A stretch of 64,000 bases of DNA, from positions 992,001 to 1,056,000 of the forward strand of contig CBDBDR010000017.1 of NCBI GenBank assembly GCA_965203965.1. Direction: 5' to 3'. Numbering within the stretch: position 1 is the stretch's first letter; every line of letters starts with the position of its first letter. The stretch comes from Thermodesulfobacteriota bacterium (lineage in GTDB: Bacteria > Desulfobacterota_D > UBA1144 > Nemesobacterales > JAJCZQ01). The position numbers were made by a program, and so were the translations under genes. Under the pieces are notes generated by a model. It was not told the origin of the DNA. It did not search any database and saw nothing but the letters and a program-made list of their open reading frames with translations. Below are positions 10,599 through 19,731 of this stretch, piece by piece.

Positions 10599-11326
10599 TT
10601 TGGGATATTCGCATCCCGAACTTCTATAAATTCCATTATAATGCCGAACCCCTTTATATTTGCAGTCAAGCTCTTCAAAAACCCGGTTTCAAGGTTGAAA
10701 TTGTAGTTCAATTTTACTCCCACCTTATTGTTATGATCAGCATACGGTGATACTATTTTATACCTGTAAATAAAGGTCTTCTCGTTACTCTTCACTGCAA
10801 CACTGTATGGCTTACCCAGCAAAGCAAGGATTTTGTTAGTGGAGAATATTTCAGATTTGTCTTCAATTTTATATCTGGAACGCAACTCCCTATCTCTTTT
10901 TTTTACTTGTCCTTCGCCAAAAGCCTGAATGAACTTCCTGAGCATGGTTTTTGGAATGTATTGTATAAATCTTTTAGGAAACACAACCACTTTTAACTTC
11001 TCATTTTCAAATTCCAGCTTCAACGCAATATCAAATTTTTTCCTTTCACTAATTGCATCACTGTATCTCTTTTCAAGTTGATACACCCACTTTATCTCGG
11101 ACTGCTTCGTCGTTGGTTCAGCTGCCATAAAGGATGTTATATCCTTCTTGTTCAAAAGCGGTTTTAAGAATATCAGAGAGAGTTCCTTGTTATTAGCTAT
11201 TTTAAAATTGTCATCAAAATTTGCTGCTTGATTTTTAACTCTCCACAATTTTATAAACAAACAGCCTGTGGTGAAAAAAACCAGACAAAGAAAAATTACA
11301 AACCACCTTTTAGATCTGAATTTCAT
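10595..11326 (-). CDS. Hypothetical lipoprotein
   Basis: 243-aa ORF, basic N-term, hydrophobic stretch and lipobox-like TTGC; overlaps ispE start. Confidence 0.7.
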   Translation of the reverse strand: MKFRSKRWFVIFLCLVFFTTGCLFIKLWRVKNQAANFDDNFKIANNKELSLIFLKPLLNKKDITSFMAAEPTTKQSEIKWVYQLEKRYSDAISERKKFDIALKLEFENEKLKVVVFPKRFIQYIPKTMLRKFIQAFGEGQVKKRDRELRSRYKIEDKSEIFSTNKILALLGKPYSVAVKSNEKTFIYRYKIVSPYADHNNKVGVKLNYNFNLETGFLKSLTANIKGFGIIMEFIEVRDANIPK

Positions 11327-11384
11327 AAAAACTTTTCCATAATGACAACTAACTTTTTACGCTAATTGATATTATATTTTAAGT

Positions 11385-11774
11385 ATGTTTATAAAACTAA
11401 TCTCAATTTTCATTATTGTCCCGCTGGTTGAGCTTGCCATATTGATAAAAGCAAGTTCATATATTGGATTGTGGAACACAATCCTCATTGTTATCCTGAC
11501 AGGAATTTTAGGGGCAGCACTAACAAAACATCAGGGATTTATGGTTCTCAATAAGATAAGAGCAACTGCAAGCAGGGGCAGAGTACCCTCGCAGGAGCTA
11601 ATAGATGGATTTTTAGTGCTTGCAGGTGGTATTGTTCTTTTGACCCCGGGTTTTCTGACGGATATATGCGGATTTTTACTACTGATTCCGTGGACAAGGT
11701 CTTTATTCAAAAAATTTGTAAGTATTCAACTCGGCAAATACGCTGACTACAAAACCTCAATTACAGTCGAATAA
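11385..11774 (+). CDS. fxsA: FxsA family membrane protein
   Basis: FIIVPLVEL, LLTPGFLTDICG.LLLIPWTR signature. Confidence 0.9.
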   Translation: MFIKLISIFIIVPLVELAILIKASSYIGLWNTILIVILTGILGAALTKHQGFMVLNKIRATASRGRVPSQELIDGFLVLAGGIVLLTPGFLTDICGFLLLIPWTRSLFKKFVSIQLGKYADYKTSITVE

Positions 11775-11856
11775 AGAACGGGAGTGTTACCAACCCCTGT
11801 TTATTGGAAACACTCCCGTCTCATTAAAGGAGGATTAAAGATGATTCTTATGTTAC
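11770..11856 (-). ncRNA. Putative ~85-nt sRNA carrying an anti-Shine-Dalgarno tract
   Basis: Minus-strand TTGACT(11891-11886)-17-TATTCT(11868-11863) promoter, UCCUCCUUU tract, then terminator hairpin. Confidence 0.5.
11778..11819. terminator. Strong hairpin, likely bidirectional terminator
   Basis: ACGGGAGTGTT...AACACTCCCGT perfect 11-bp arms plus inner CCAA/TTGG; followed by UCUUUAUU on minus strand. Confidence 0.75.
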
Positions 11857-11933
11857 GTCTATAGAATAAATCAAATCAGATACAAAGTCAAGGAAAAATT
11901 AAATTTTTGACTTAATATTGTGAAAAAAGAAAA

Positions 11934-11980
11934 ATACTACATGTAGTTGTCATTTATAATTTAACCACTATATATCGATA
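11934..11980. promoter_or_regulatory. Tandem NrdR-box-like palindromes
   Basis: Cores CTACATGTAG (11937-11946) and CTATATATCG (11968-11977), 31 bp apart. Confidence 0.5.
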
Positions 11981-12192
11981 ATTATAAAAATATTCCCGTT
12001 TAAGAAGTCTTTTCGCAAAATTTTCAGCACAGTTTTTTAAGTTCTGCCTTTAAGACTTGAACGGCTCATGGTTGATACTATGTTACAGGTAAGGAGTTTT
12101 GAATGTATATTACAAGTTTCTGCAACCTAATTGTTGCAATTTATATACTTTTTTTTCACTTACCTTGTGGTTGGAGACTTCCACCACTCCGG

Positions 12193-13371
12193 TCAAGTCC
12201 TATATTGGGAGTTTATCCTCACGTATTCAGAAGTTAGATCACTTGTTAAGACGTATGAGTTTCCCACGCCTTCTTTAAGTTTGAGTGTCACGGTAAATTT
12301 TGGCTTTTTAAACACTCTGGCAAATTTTGATTCGGGTTGAAACTGCTCACCATCCTTCACCACCTTTTTATCATCAAAAAACATTTCTATTTTATCAGGA
12401 TTGAAGTTGACCCCTGCTCTTCCTGCAGCAGCTAGTATGCGTCCCCAGTTAGGATCCTGTCCGTAAAACGCCGTTTTTACAAGCTGGGAGTTGGCAATTG
12501 CTCTAGCAATTTTCCCTGCTTCCTTGTCTGTTCTAGCTTCTTTAACCTCAACTTTTACTACCTTTGTAGAACCTTCTCCATCCTTGACAATTAACTCCGC
12601 AATTTCTGAGTTCAAATCAGTCAGCGCACGTTCCAACTTACCATAATGACTGCTCTTAAGCGTTATTTCATTATTGCCGAGCATACCGTTTGCAAGAGCT
12701 ATTACCGAATCGTTTGTCGAAGTATCTCCATCAACAATAATTTTATTAAAAGAATTTTCCACTGAATTAACAAGAGCTTTTTTCAGGGCAGTTTTATTGA
12801 CGTTAATATCTGTAATTATAAAACAAAGCATTGTGGCCATTTTGGGAGAGATCATTCCAGCACCTTTTCCAACAGCTGCTATCGTGCCTGTTTTATTGGC
12901 TATTTTAAGCTGTCTTTGGGCAAATTTGGGGAATTTATCTGTGGTCATTATTGCTTCTGCCATTTCTTCAAGTCCGATAGGTTCCATGTTGGATAACAAG
13001 TTCGGAAGAGATTTTTTTATTTTGGAAAGGGGAAGTTGTCCACCGATCAAACCTGTTGATGCAGGAATTATAAGCTCTTCCTCAATTCCGAGCAAACTTG
13101 ACAGGTAGGTGGTTGACAAAGAAGCATTTTGATACCCTCTGGAACCCGTGAAAGCATTTGCAACACCACTGTTTATTAGCAAAGCCTGACACGTTCCCTG
13201 CTTGATCCTCTCTCGTCCTAAAAGCACGGGAGCAGCTTTGACAATATTGGTGGTAAAAACCCCTGCCGCCTTTGCTGGCATCTCGGAATAGATTAAAGCA
13301 AGGTCTTTTTTCCTGCTTTTTTTTATTCCTGAATATACACTACTGAATTGAAAACCTGGAACTTGTATCAT
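12193..13371 (-). CDS. argJ: Bifunctional glutamate N-acetyltransferase/amino-acid acetyltransferase
   Basis: AGVFTTN.VKAAPV, KGAGMISPKMATML, VDGDTSTND, KDGEG, DPNWGRI. Confidence 0.96.
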   Translation of the reverse strand: MIQVPGFQFSSVYSGIKKSRKKDLALIYSEMPAKAAGVFTTNIVKAAPVLLGRERIKQGTCQALLINSGVANAFTGSRGYQNASLSTTYLSSLLGIEEELIIPASTGLIGGQLPLSKIKKSLPNLLSNMEPIGLEEMAEAIMTTDKFPKFAQRQLKIANKTGTIAAVGKGAGMISPKMATMLCFIITDINVNKTALKKALVNSVENSFNKIIVDGDTSTNDSVIALANGMLGNNEITLKSSHYGKLERALTDLNSEIAELIVKDGEGSTKVVKVEVKEARTDKEAGKIARAIANSQLVKTAFYGQDPNWGRILAAAGRAGVNFNPDKIEMFFDDKKVVKDGEQFQPESKFARVFKKPKFTVTLKLKEGVGNSYVLTSDLTSEYVRINSQYRT

Positions 13372-13522
13372 TATCTACCTGCCTCAAAGGAAAATGGAAA
13401 CCTGTTAATAACATTCAAATTTAACTAACTGACACACTTTACAGAACCAACTTGCAGTATTTATGTTAGAATAAGATTATATGCTTCCGCTTATAATCTC
13501 AAATTTTACCAATAAACAAGAA

Positions 13523-14221
13523 TTAAAAAGACACTTTGCCGAGAAAGTCGGATGTCTTAAATTTTTTCTCAACATGGTGTTCAATGTAACTTGTAAGCAC
13601 TTTTGTATTGTGAACGGTTTTGCTCGGGAAAATTTCCATAAGTTCCGGTTTAGTAACAATATCCACATATAACACCTTGTATCTGTCGTTTAATGTCCTT
13701 TCTAACTTTTCATATAAACTCCCATCTGTTATATCAAGAATTACCTCTTCAAGATCGCAACTTTCAAAATCCGGCTTTATACCATTTATCTCAAGCAGCA
13801 CCAACTGAAACTTCAACAGTGTAGACACCAGATTACTACCTTTGTTTACAAGCTCAAAAACCTTAATGCTTTCGTTAAACAACTCTTCATTCTGCTGACA
13901 TTCATGGGTAAAAAAATCAACATTTTCAAGAATGAAGCTCGCAAATGCAAAAGATTCAAGACTGTTTATCATATTTGAATAAGCACTTACCAATGTAACA
14001 TGGTTCAGAACGTTAAACCTATTTTTGTTAATGGATATATCTGCTTTGAGAACAAGAAAAGGCTCCAGCATGCCCCCAAACCTCTTTTGGCTTTTTTTTG
14101 CATTTCTCGCAATTACCCTGACCTTTCCATACTTTTTTGTAAAAAGTGTTACCAGATAATCCGATTCGCCGTAAACCGATTTTCTTATAACTAATGCTTC
14201 ACATTCTTCCATCATCTGCAC
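13523..14221 (-). CDS. recO: DNA repair protein RecO
   Basis: YGESD..VTLFT..YGKV..IARNAKKS.KRFGG.LEPF. Confidence 0.9.
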   Translation of the reverse strand: MQMMEECEALVIRKSVYGESDYLVTLFTKKYGKVRVIARNAKKSQKRFGGMLEPFLVLKADISINKNRFNVLNHVTLVSAYSNMINSLESFAFASFILENVDFFTHECQQNEELFNESIKVFELVNKGSNLVSTLLKFQLVLLEINGIKPDFESCDLEEVILDITDGSLYEKLERTLNDRYKVLYVDIVTKPELMEIFPSKTVHNTKVLTSYIEHHVEKKFKTSDFLGKVSF

Positions 14222-14224
14222 CGT

Positions 14225-15595
14225 TTAAAAAAGGAGCATGGCTATAAGCAGGTAAAACAATGAACCGAATATATCGTTGGACATCGTGAGAAATGGCCCC
14301 GAGGATACTGCAGGATCAAACCCTGTTTTTAGTAACACTATTGGAGCTACCACTCCAATCAGGGAAGTAGCAATTGTAGCGGATAGCATGGCAAGAAACA
14401 CTGCAAGTCCAAGCCTCAACACCTGCGGTTCACTAAAGCTAATCAGAATACCAATGATAGAAGAAATAAGCCCACAGACAATTCCGAGAGATAATCCAAC
14501 AGTTACTTCCGAAAGCATGAGATTAAATATCTGTTTTACCCTGATTGTGCCCATGCCAAGACTCCTGACCATAATAGTGGTAGTCTGAAGTCCCACGTTA
14601 CCTCCAGTTGCCATTATCGCTGGCATAAAAGCCGCAAGTATTGCTACTTTCTGCAAAGTTGGTTCAAAAACTTTTATTATTACAAGTGCAATCAACAATT
14701 CCCCAACCAGTGTCAGGAGTAGCCATGGAGTTCTTGCTTTAACTCTTTCATAAGCGGGCGTATAGATCGGGTGAAGATGCTCTTTTAATCCCGCAAACTG
14801 GAACATGTCTTCCTCTGCCTCTTCCATAATAACATCTATTACGTCATCTGAGGTTATACGTCCCAGGAGGATTTTTTTGTCGTCAACGACTGGAAGCGTT
14901 GCAAGATCATATTTTTTAAATATTTTGGCGACCTCTTCCTGGTCTATACGCGGAGTGACGGAAACTTCAATACTATCCATTACGGACTTCACAGATGAAT
15001 TGGTGTTGGCAACTATCAACTTGTGAAGAGGTATAAATCCAAGGAGAACCCCAGATTTGTCCGTTACAAATATCCCACGAAAATTCTCCAGGTCATCAAC
15101 AATTAAACGTACCCAGTTAATAGCATCTCTTACATTGCTATCGTCCGTAATTTTAGCAAGCTCAGTCTGCATAATCCCGCCAGCTGTGTCATCTGGATAC
15201 TTGAGAAGTGATTCAACGTCTTTCGCCTCATCAGGATCCATTTTGGAAAAAACACTGTCTGCTTTTTGGTTGGGCAACTCACCGATAAGGTCTGCCGCAT
15301 CATCAGATTCCATTTCATCGGCAATATCAGCAATTTTTTCCTCATCAAGTTCGGTTATTATCTCCTCACGTTGCTTACTATCTAACTCAAAATAAATCTG
15401 TGAGGCAGTTTCAGGATTAAGTGAGTTGAGGATGAACGACTGCTTTGCGGGATCAATGTTCTGAATTATTGAGGCAATGGAAGAATGATGTATGTTCGCG
15501 AGCCTATTTTTAATGGCATCGCCGTTGCCATCTTCTATGTATTTGTTTATCTCATTTGTCAGATTTTTTATTTCCATTTTTGCATCATTTTTCAA
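14225..15595 (-). CDS. mgtE: Magnesium transporter MgtE
   Basis: MESDDAAD, YPDDTAGGIM, CBS pair, GGNVGLQ, DPAVSSGPFLT. Confidence 0.95.
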   Translation of the reverse strand: MKNDAKMEIKNLTNEINKYIEDGNGDAIKNRLANIHHSSIASIIQNIDPAKQSFILNSLNPETASQIYFELDSKQREEIITELDEEKIADIADEMESDDAADLIGELPNQKADSVFSKMDPDEAKDVESLLKYPDDTAGGIMQTELAKITDDSNVRDAINWVRLIVDDLENFRGIFVTDKSGVLLGFIPLHKLIVANTNSSVKSVMDSIEVSVTPRIDQEEVAKIFKKYDLATLPVVDDKKILLGRITSDDVIDVIMEEAEEDMFQFAGLKEHLHPIYTPAYERVKARTPWLLLTLVGELLIALVIIKVFEPTLQKVAILAAFMPAIMATGGNVGLQTTTIMVRSLGMGTIRVKQIFNLMLSEVTVGLSLGIVCGLISSIIGILISFSEPQVLRLGLAVFLAMLSATIATSLIGVVAPIVLLKTGFDPAVSSGPFLTMSNDIFGSLFYLLIAMLLF

Positions 15596-15850
15596 ATTTC
15601 AAACTTCTAACCATCTGTTCTTGAATTTTCCGCAGTGTCTTTTTGAAAGTCAGATTTGTGCAAAACAGGACAGTTCAGGCTTTCGTGCCCCCACTGAAAG
15701 GGTGTTAATTTGTGTCAAAGAAACAAAGTAACTGTTAAACGTGTTTGAAATTGTTTGCAACTCGTTTAGTTTTAGTAATAAATGCTATGCAAGCAGGTAT
15801 AGAAAGTCAATCAGTCCGATGTCTGAAATTCATCCCGCAAGGAGAAAACA

Positions 15851-16333
15851 ATACTGAAATCCAATAAACCGACTGTCTATCTGGCAAACCCCTATGGGTT
15901 TTCCGCACAACAGAAAGAGTTTATTCTGCCGCAGATAGTTGAGATTCTTGAAAGTGTGGGCGTTGAGGTATGGGAACCTTTTGAAAGAAACAACCAAAAG
16001 GATTTTTCAAAAACAGGATGGGCTTACGAAACAGGACAGGCCGATTCCAGAGATGTGCGCGATTCTGACGCTACTTTCGCCGTGGTAAACGGAGCACCAC
16101 CAGATGAAGGAGTTTGCGTTGAACTGGGAATGGCGATAGCTCTTGGTAAACCGACCTTCCTTTTCCGCGATGATTTTCGCAGGGTTACGGATTGTGAACA
16201 ATACCCACTGAACCTGATGCTGTTCACGGGACTACCCGAAAAAAACTGGCAGGATTACTATTACACTTCGCTGGACGAGATAAAATTGCCGAATAAGGGG
16301 TTTGTGAAATGGGTGAGAGAATGGCGGTATTAG
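15851..16333 (+). CDS. Nucleoside 2-deoxyribosyltransferase family protein (extends upstream of the called ORF; non-ATG start)
   Basis: In-frame upstream segment VYLANPYGFS plus PPDEGVCVELGMAIALGKPTFLFRDD; AAGGAG at 15839-15844. Confidence 0.8.
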   Translation: MLKSNKPTVYLANPYGFSAQQKEFILPQIVEILESVGVEVWEPFERNNQKDFSKTGWAYETGQADSRDVRDSDATFAVVNGAPPDEGVCVELGMAIALGKPTFLFRDDFRRVTDCEQYPLNLMLFTGLPEKNWQDYYYTSLDEIKLPNKGFVKWVREWRY

Positions 16334-16444
16334 TTCCGCAATTCTGATGGACATGATACTTAGCTCATTTTAACCCTCGGCGTCGTGTAACTTAATACCA
16401 CCAATCAATAATACTTTGACAAATACCGTAATTGTATCTCCTTA

Positions 16445-16837
16445 CTACCCAATCACTTTATCTTTCAATAGTTCGCGAACGCGGTCGTTTTCTTCTGTGG
16501 CTATAGCAACAAGGGAGTGTTCCCCCTCTCGTTTTATTATATGCATGCTACGGATGTTTATGCCTGAATCTCTCAGGTTCCCTGCCACTTTTGCGAGCGA
16601 GCCCGGTTTGTTTTTCAGTTTAATAACAAGTGCGTCTTCCGATACCACCTTGAATCCCGCGTCATTCAAGACTTTCAGGGCTTCATCATAATTGTCAGTC
16701 GTCAAAATTACTGCTCCGTGAGATTTTGAACCGCTTGTGTCAAGCTGCTCAATGTTAATTCCCCTCTCGGACAGAACTTGACTTATGTCTGCTATCACTC
16801 CCATTTTATTGTTGGCTACAACCACTATCTGTTTCAT
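16445..16837 (-). CDS. Tandem ACT-domain protein
   Basis: NKMGVIADISQVL..RGINIE and NKPGSLAKVA..L.DSGINI. Confidence 0.85.
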   Translation of the reverse strand: MKQIVVVANNKMGVIADISQVLSERGINIEQLDTSGSKSHGAVILTTDNYDEALKVLNDAGFKVVSEDALVIKLKNKPGSLAKVAGNLRDSGINIRSMHIIKREGEHSLVAIATEENDRVRELLKDKVIG

Positions 16838-18033
16838 CTTTCGGATTTTCTCCTTTTTTTTGCAAGGTCATGGGAAATTTCTTTCACGGCAGTTTCTATT
16901 TTTGCGCGACTCAGATGGGGAAGGGTAATAATGTGCGATATGTCATCCTTTGATGCTAGTTGCCATTTTTCCACAACTTTTTCCGAAGGCTTTGGAAAAA
17001 CCACAGTCAAGGAGTTTTCGTTCATCCAAGCCTTCACTCTGTTTTCCCTAAACCTTCTCACCGCAAACTCTGCTCGCTCAATTGATTCCCTGACGAGTTT
17101 TCTCAGTCCCGCCATGCCGTAGCGTTTTGCTGAATACCATAGGATGAGAGCGGCAAACGCGTTTCTTGAACCGCTGATTGTCGTGTCAAGAACACCCACA
17201 TACTCAATGTTTCGGGCTATGATGTTCACATTGTCCTTTTTCGCCAGAACCACACCGCATGGAAACGGGCTTCCAATCATCTTATGCCCGCTTATCGCTA
17301 TGCTATCCATTCCGGTCGGAAACCCAAATGGAGGAGGTTTCTTTACAAACGGTAGCACCATTCCGCTCAGCGCGGCATCACAGTGAATATAGGATTTTGT
17401 TATGGCGAGTTCAGAAAGTATAGAGCGTATTTCTCCGATGTCATCCACCGCGCCCTTCATTGTGGTTCCCACAGTCGCCATTATAATTGTCGGACAGTCT
17501 CTGTGAATTCGCACGGTTTCCCTCAAATCCTCATAGTCAATCTCACCGCCGGGGGCACTTCTTATCATTATATGCCGAGCGTCCAGAAGTCGCATTATTT
17601 TGGGAACGCTGTAGTGAGTATCTTCGGAAAAATAGATAATTGCATCCTTACCCATAAGCTCCCTTGCGAGGTAAAGCCCATACATGTTTCCCTCGGTTCC
17701 CCCGCCCGTTATGTAGCCCCACCAATTACCATTGGGAGCTTTTGTTATGTTTGCGAAAAAGCCGAGTATCTCGCGTTCTATTGAGCGTGTATTAGTCCCA
17801 AAGTTCGTGTCGCCAAAAGGGTCTCCCACATTGTTAATGTGGAATTCCAGAAATCTGTAGAGCTCAGAATAGTCAAACACCATGTTGCAGGGATAGCCCG
17901 CATGTGTGCTCCGCGCTTCGCACAGATCATGGTAAAGCTCGTCAAGATACTTTCTGTCTTTCACGCTGAGAGGTTTTGTGTATTCCGGCAAATAGTCCGT
18001 GTTGGTTCTATTGCGGTTTGCAGTTCTGTTCAC
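16834..18033 (-). CDS. hdc: PLP-dependent histidine decarboxylase-like group II decarboxylase
   Basis: GYPCN, NNVGDPF, GGTEGNMYGLYLARE, HCDAAL, ISGHKMIGSPFPCG, TISGSRN. Confidence 0.85.
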   Translation of the reverse strand: MNRTANRNRTNTDYLPEYTKPLSVKDRKYLDELYHDLCEARSTHAGYPCNMVFDYSELYRFLEFHINNVGDPFGDTNFGTNTRSIEREILGFFANITKAPNGNWWGYITGGGTEGNMYGLYLARELMGKDAIIYFSEDTHYSVPKIMRLLDARHIMIRSAPGGEIDYEDLRETVRIHRDCPTIIMATVGTTMKGAVDDIGEIRSILSELAITKSYIHCDAALSGMVLPFVKKPPPFGFPTGMDSIAISGHKMIGSPFPCGVVLAKKDNVNIIARNIEYVGVLDTTISGSRNAFAALILWYSAKRYGMAGLRKLVRESIERAEFAVRRFRENRVKAWMNENSLTVVFPKPSEKVVEKWQLASKDDISHIITLPHLSRAKIETAVKEISHDLAKKRRKSER

Positions 18034-18381
18034 GGTTTTATTATACTATATTACGCAGTCAATCGTTTGGATCTTTCCAAAGTTTGAAGTTCCCCAGCAA
18101 GACTCTCTTGAATTGAATCGCGAGCGTAAGTTCCAATTATCCAAATGAACAATCTCCCCAAACTTCAACCCCCGAACACACCGTTCAGAACGACAGAAAC
18201 AGCTACTACTTACGGAACTGAGATAAGCGGTATAAAAAGAGACAGTTCCCATGAGCGGGTTGTGTCTTTCACTGCCATTATTTCAGTGTGATTCGTTGCC
18301 GCTCTATTCATCAAAAAGTGAACGTATTGCCCGGAGCAGCAGCACAGTTCACCAGAACCTCTGTCCCCTCTTGCAACAAAG

Positions 18382-19410
18382 TTACTCTCCCGCTATCTCC
18401 GACAGCGTTCTCAGTGAAAACTCCCTGTCAGGACTGAAATCCCTGAATATGAAATGATTGACTCCTGCTTTCTGATATTCTTCAATTCTTTTTACTACCT
18501 CGTCCGGCGTTCCAAATATGACAAAATCCGCTAGCATTTCTCGCGTGTAGTATTTTTCTCCCATCTCCCTGAATTTTCGTATCATCTCCGTGTCAGTTGG
18601 TAGCACTTTCGTATAGGAAAGCCCTTTGTATTTGTCCGCAATTTCAATGTTGTATCCCGCATCCGCAAGAAGTTCGGGCCACACAAGGGCATGCTTCACC
18701 GGCTCAATTGTTGCATAAGCTTCATCCGTGTTTTTTGCAACCGAGACGAACATAAAAATGCATTTCTCAAAGTTTGTGTTTGCGGATTTACCACCGACCG
18801 CTTCAAGTTTTTTCGAAAAAACGCGAGGAGGCATTGCATTTGTAACCCAACCGTCCCCGATTTCTCCGGCAATTTGAAGCGCTTTCGGCCCCGTCGCGGC
18901 AATATAAAGAGGAACTTTTTTATCAGCTCCCACAGGAGTTATGGTCAGGTTTGCTTTTTCAAGGCAGAAGAACTCTCCGTCAAAGTCCGTTCGTTCTCCC
19001 GTCCAAAGTTTTCTTATAACCTCCACGGACTCTTCAAGCCGTTTGAGCGGCTTGTTCCATTCAATCCCATAGGGATCTGTGTTCATTTTTTCCCCGTAAC
19101 CGAGGCAGGCGAATATTCTCCCTCCGGTAATGTGTGAAACGGTCGCAATTCGCTGGGCAAAAATAGCAGGATGAATCCGGTGTGGGTCGCCAATTGTTCC
19201 CATTTGTATTTTTGAAGTTGCTCCCGCCGCAGCGGTGATTACTGACCATGCTTCGGGCGTTTCCCTATCCGCGATAAAAACTACGTGGTCGGGAATCCAA
19301 AGGGAATCAAAACCTGTTTCTTCACATTTGACAATAAAATCAACAAGTCTGCCGACTGAAGTTCCAGGAACTGGGGCAGTTATTCCGAATTTTGTTTTGG
19401 TGGCCATCAT
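18382..19410 (-). CDS. LLM-class (luciferase-like, flavin/F420-dependent) oxidoreductase
   Basis: GFDSLWIPDH, RIHPAIFAQ, PLYIAATGPKAL..AGEIGDGW, GTPDEV. Confidence 0.88.
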   Translation of the reverse strand: MMATKTKFGITAPVPGTSVGRLVDFIVKCEETGFDSLWIPDHVVFIADRETPEAWSVITAAAGATSKIQMGTIGDPHRIHPAIFAQRIATVSHITGGRIFACLGYGEKMNTDPYGIEWNKPLKRLEESVEVIRKLWTGERTDFDGEFFCLEKANLTITPVGADKKVPLYIAATGPKALQIAGEIGDGWVTNAMPPRVFSKKLEAVGGKSANTNFEKCIFMFVSVAKNTDEAYATIEPVKHALVWPELLADAGYNIEIADKYKGLSYTKVLPTDTEMIRKFREMGEKYYTREMLADFVIFGTPDEVVKRIEEYQKAGVNHFIFRDFSPDREFSLRTLSEIAGE

Positions 19411-19731
19411 GGAATGAGTTTAACATAAGTAATTAAGTAGCATAATATATACACAGGCTGCCACATCGTTTTATTTAACAAAAATTCTCGTTCGTGGATG
19501 CCGTGATTGTTTACACCCAGTCCCGATCAAAAGCATGCTGTTGATCGTAAATCGTCAAGTAATACTTTCGGCATGAGTGTTGAGGAAATGACAATAAAGG
19601 GTGTTTTGATTTGTTTTCCTTTTTCTTCAGCTAAACCCATTGATTGCAAACTGACTTTTTGGGTTCTGCCATGTCTCTATTCCCTTTGAAATTCAGTCTT
19701 CCAATATAACTAATACTCTAACCTCCATACT

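Noticed and set aside
11880..12190. Possible oriC in AT-rich gap
   Set aside because: Only one relaxed DnaA-box match (TGTGAAAAA); no cluster and no dnaA/gidA context.
13444..13471. dif-like TTATGTTAGAA
   Set aside because: No XerC arm.
15600..15780. Possible Mg2+ (M-box) riboswitch upstream of mgtE
   Set aside because: No recognisable M-box consensus; only short hairpins.
19418..19445. dif-like site (GTTTAACATAA resembles the XerD arm)
   Set aside because: No matching XerC arm at the 6-bp spacing; better explained as the extended -10 of the LLM gene.
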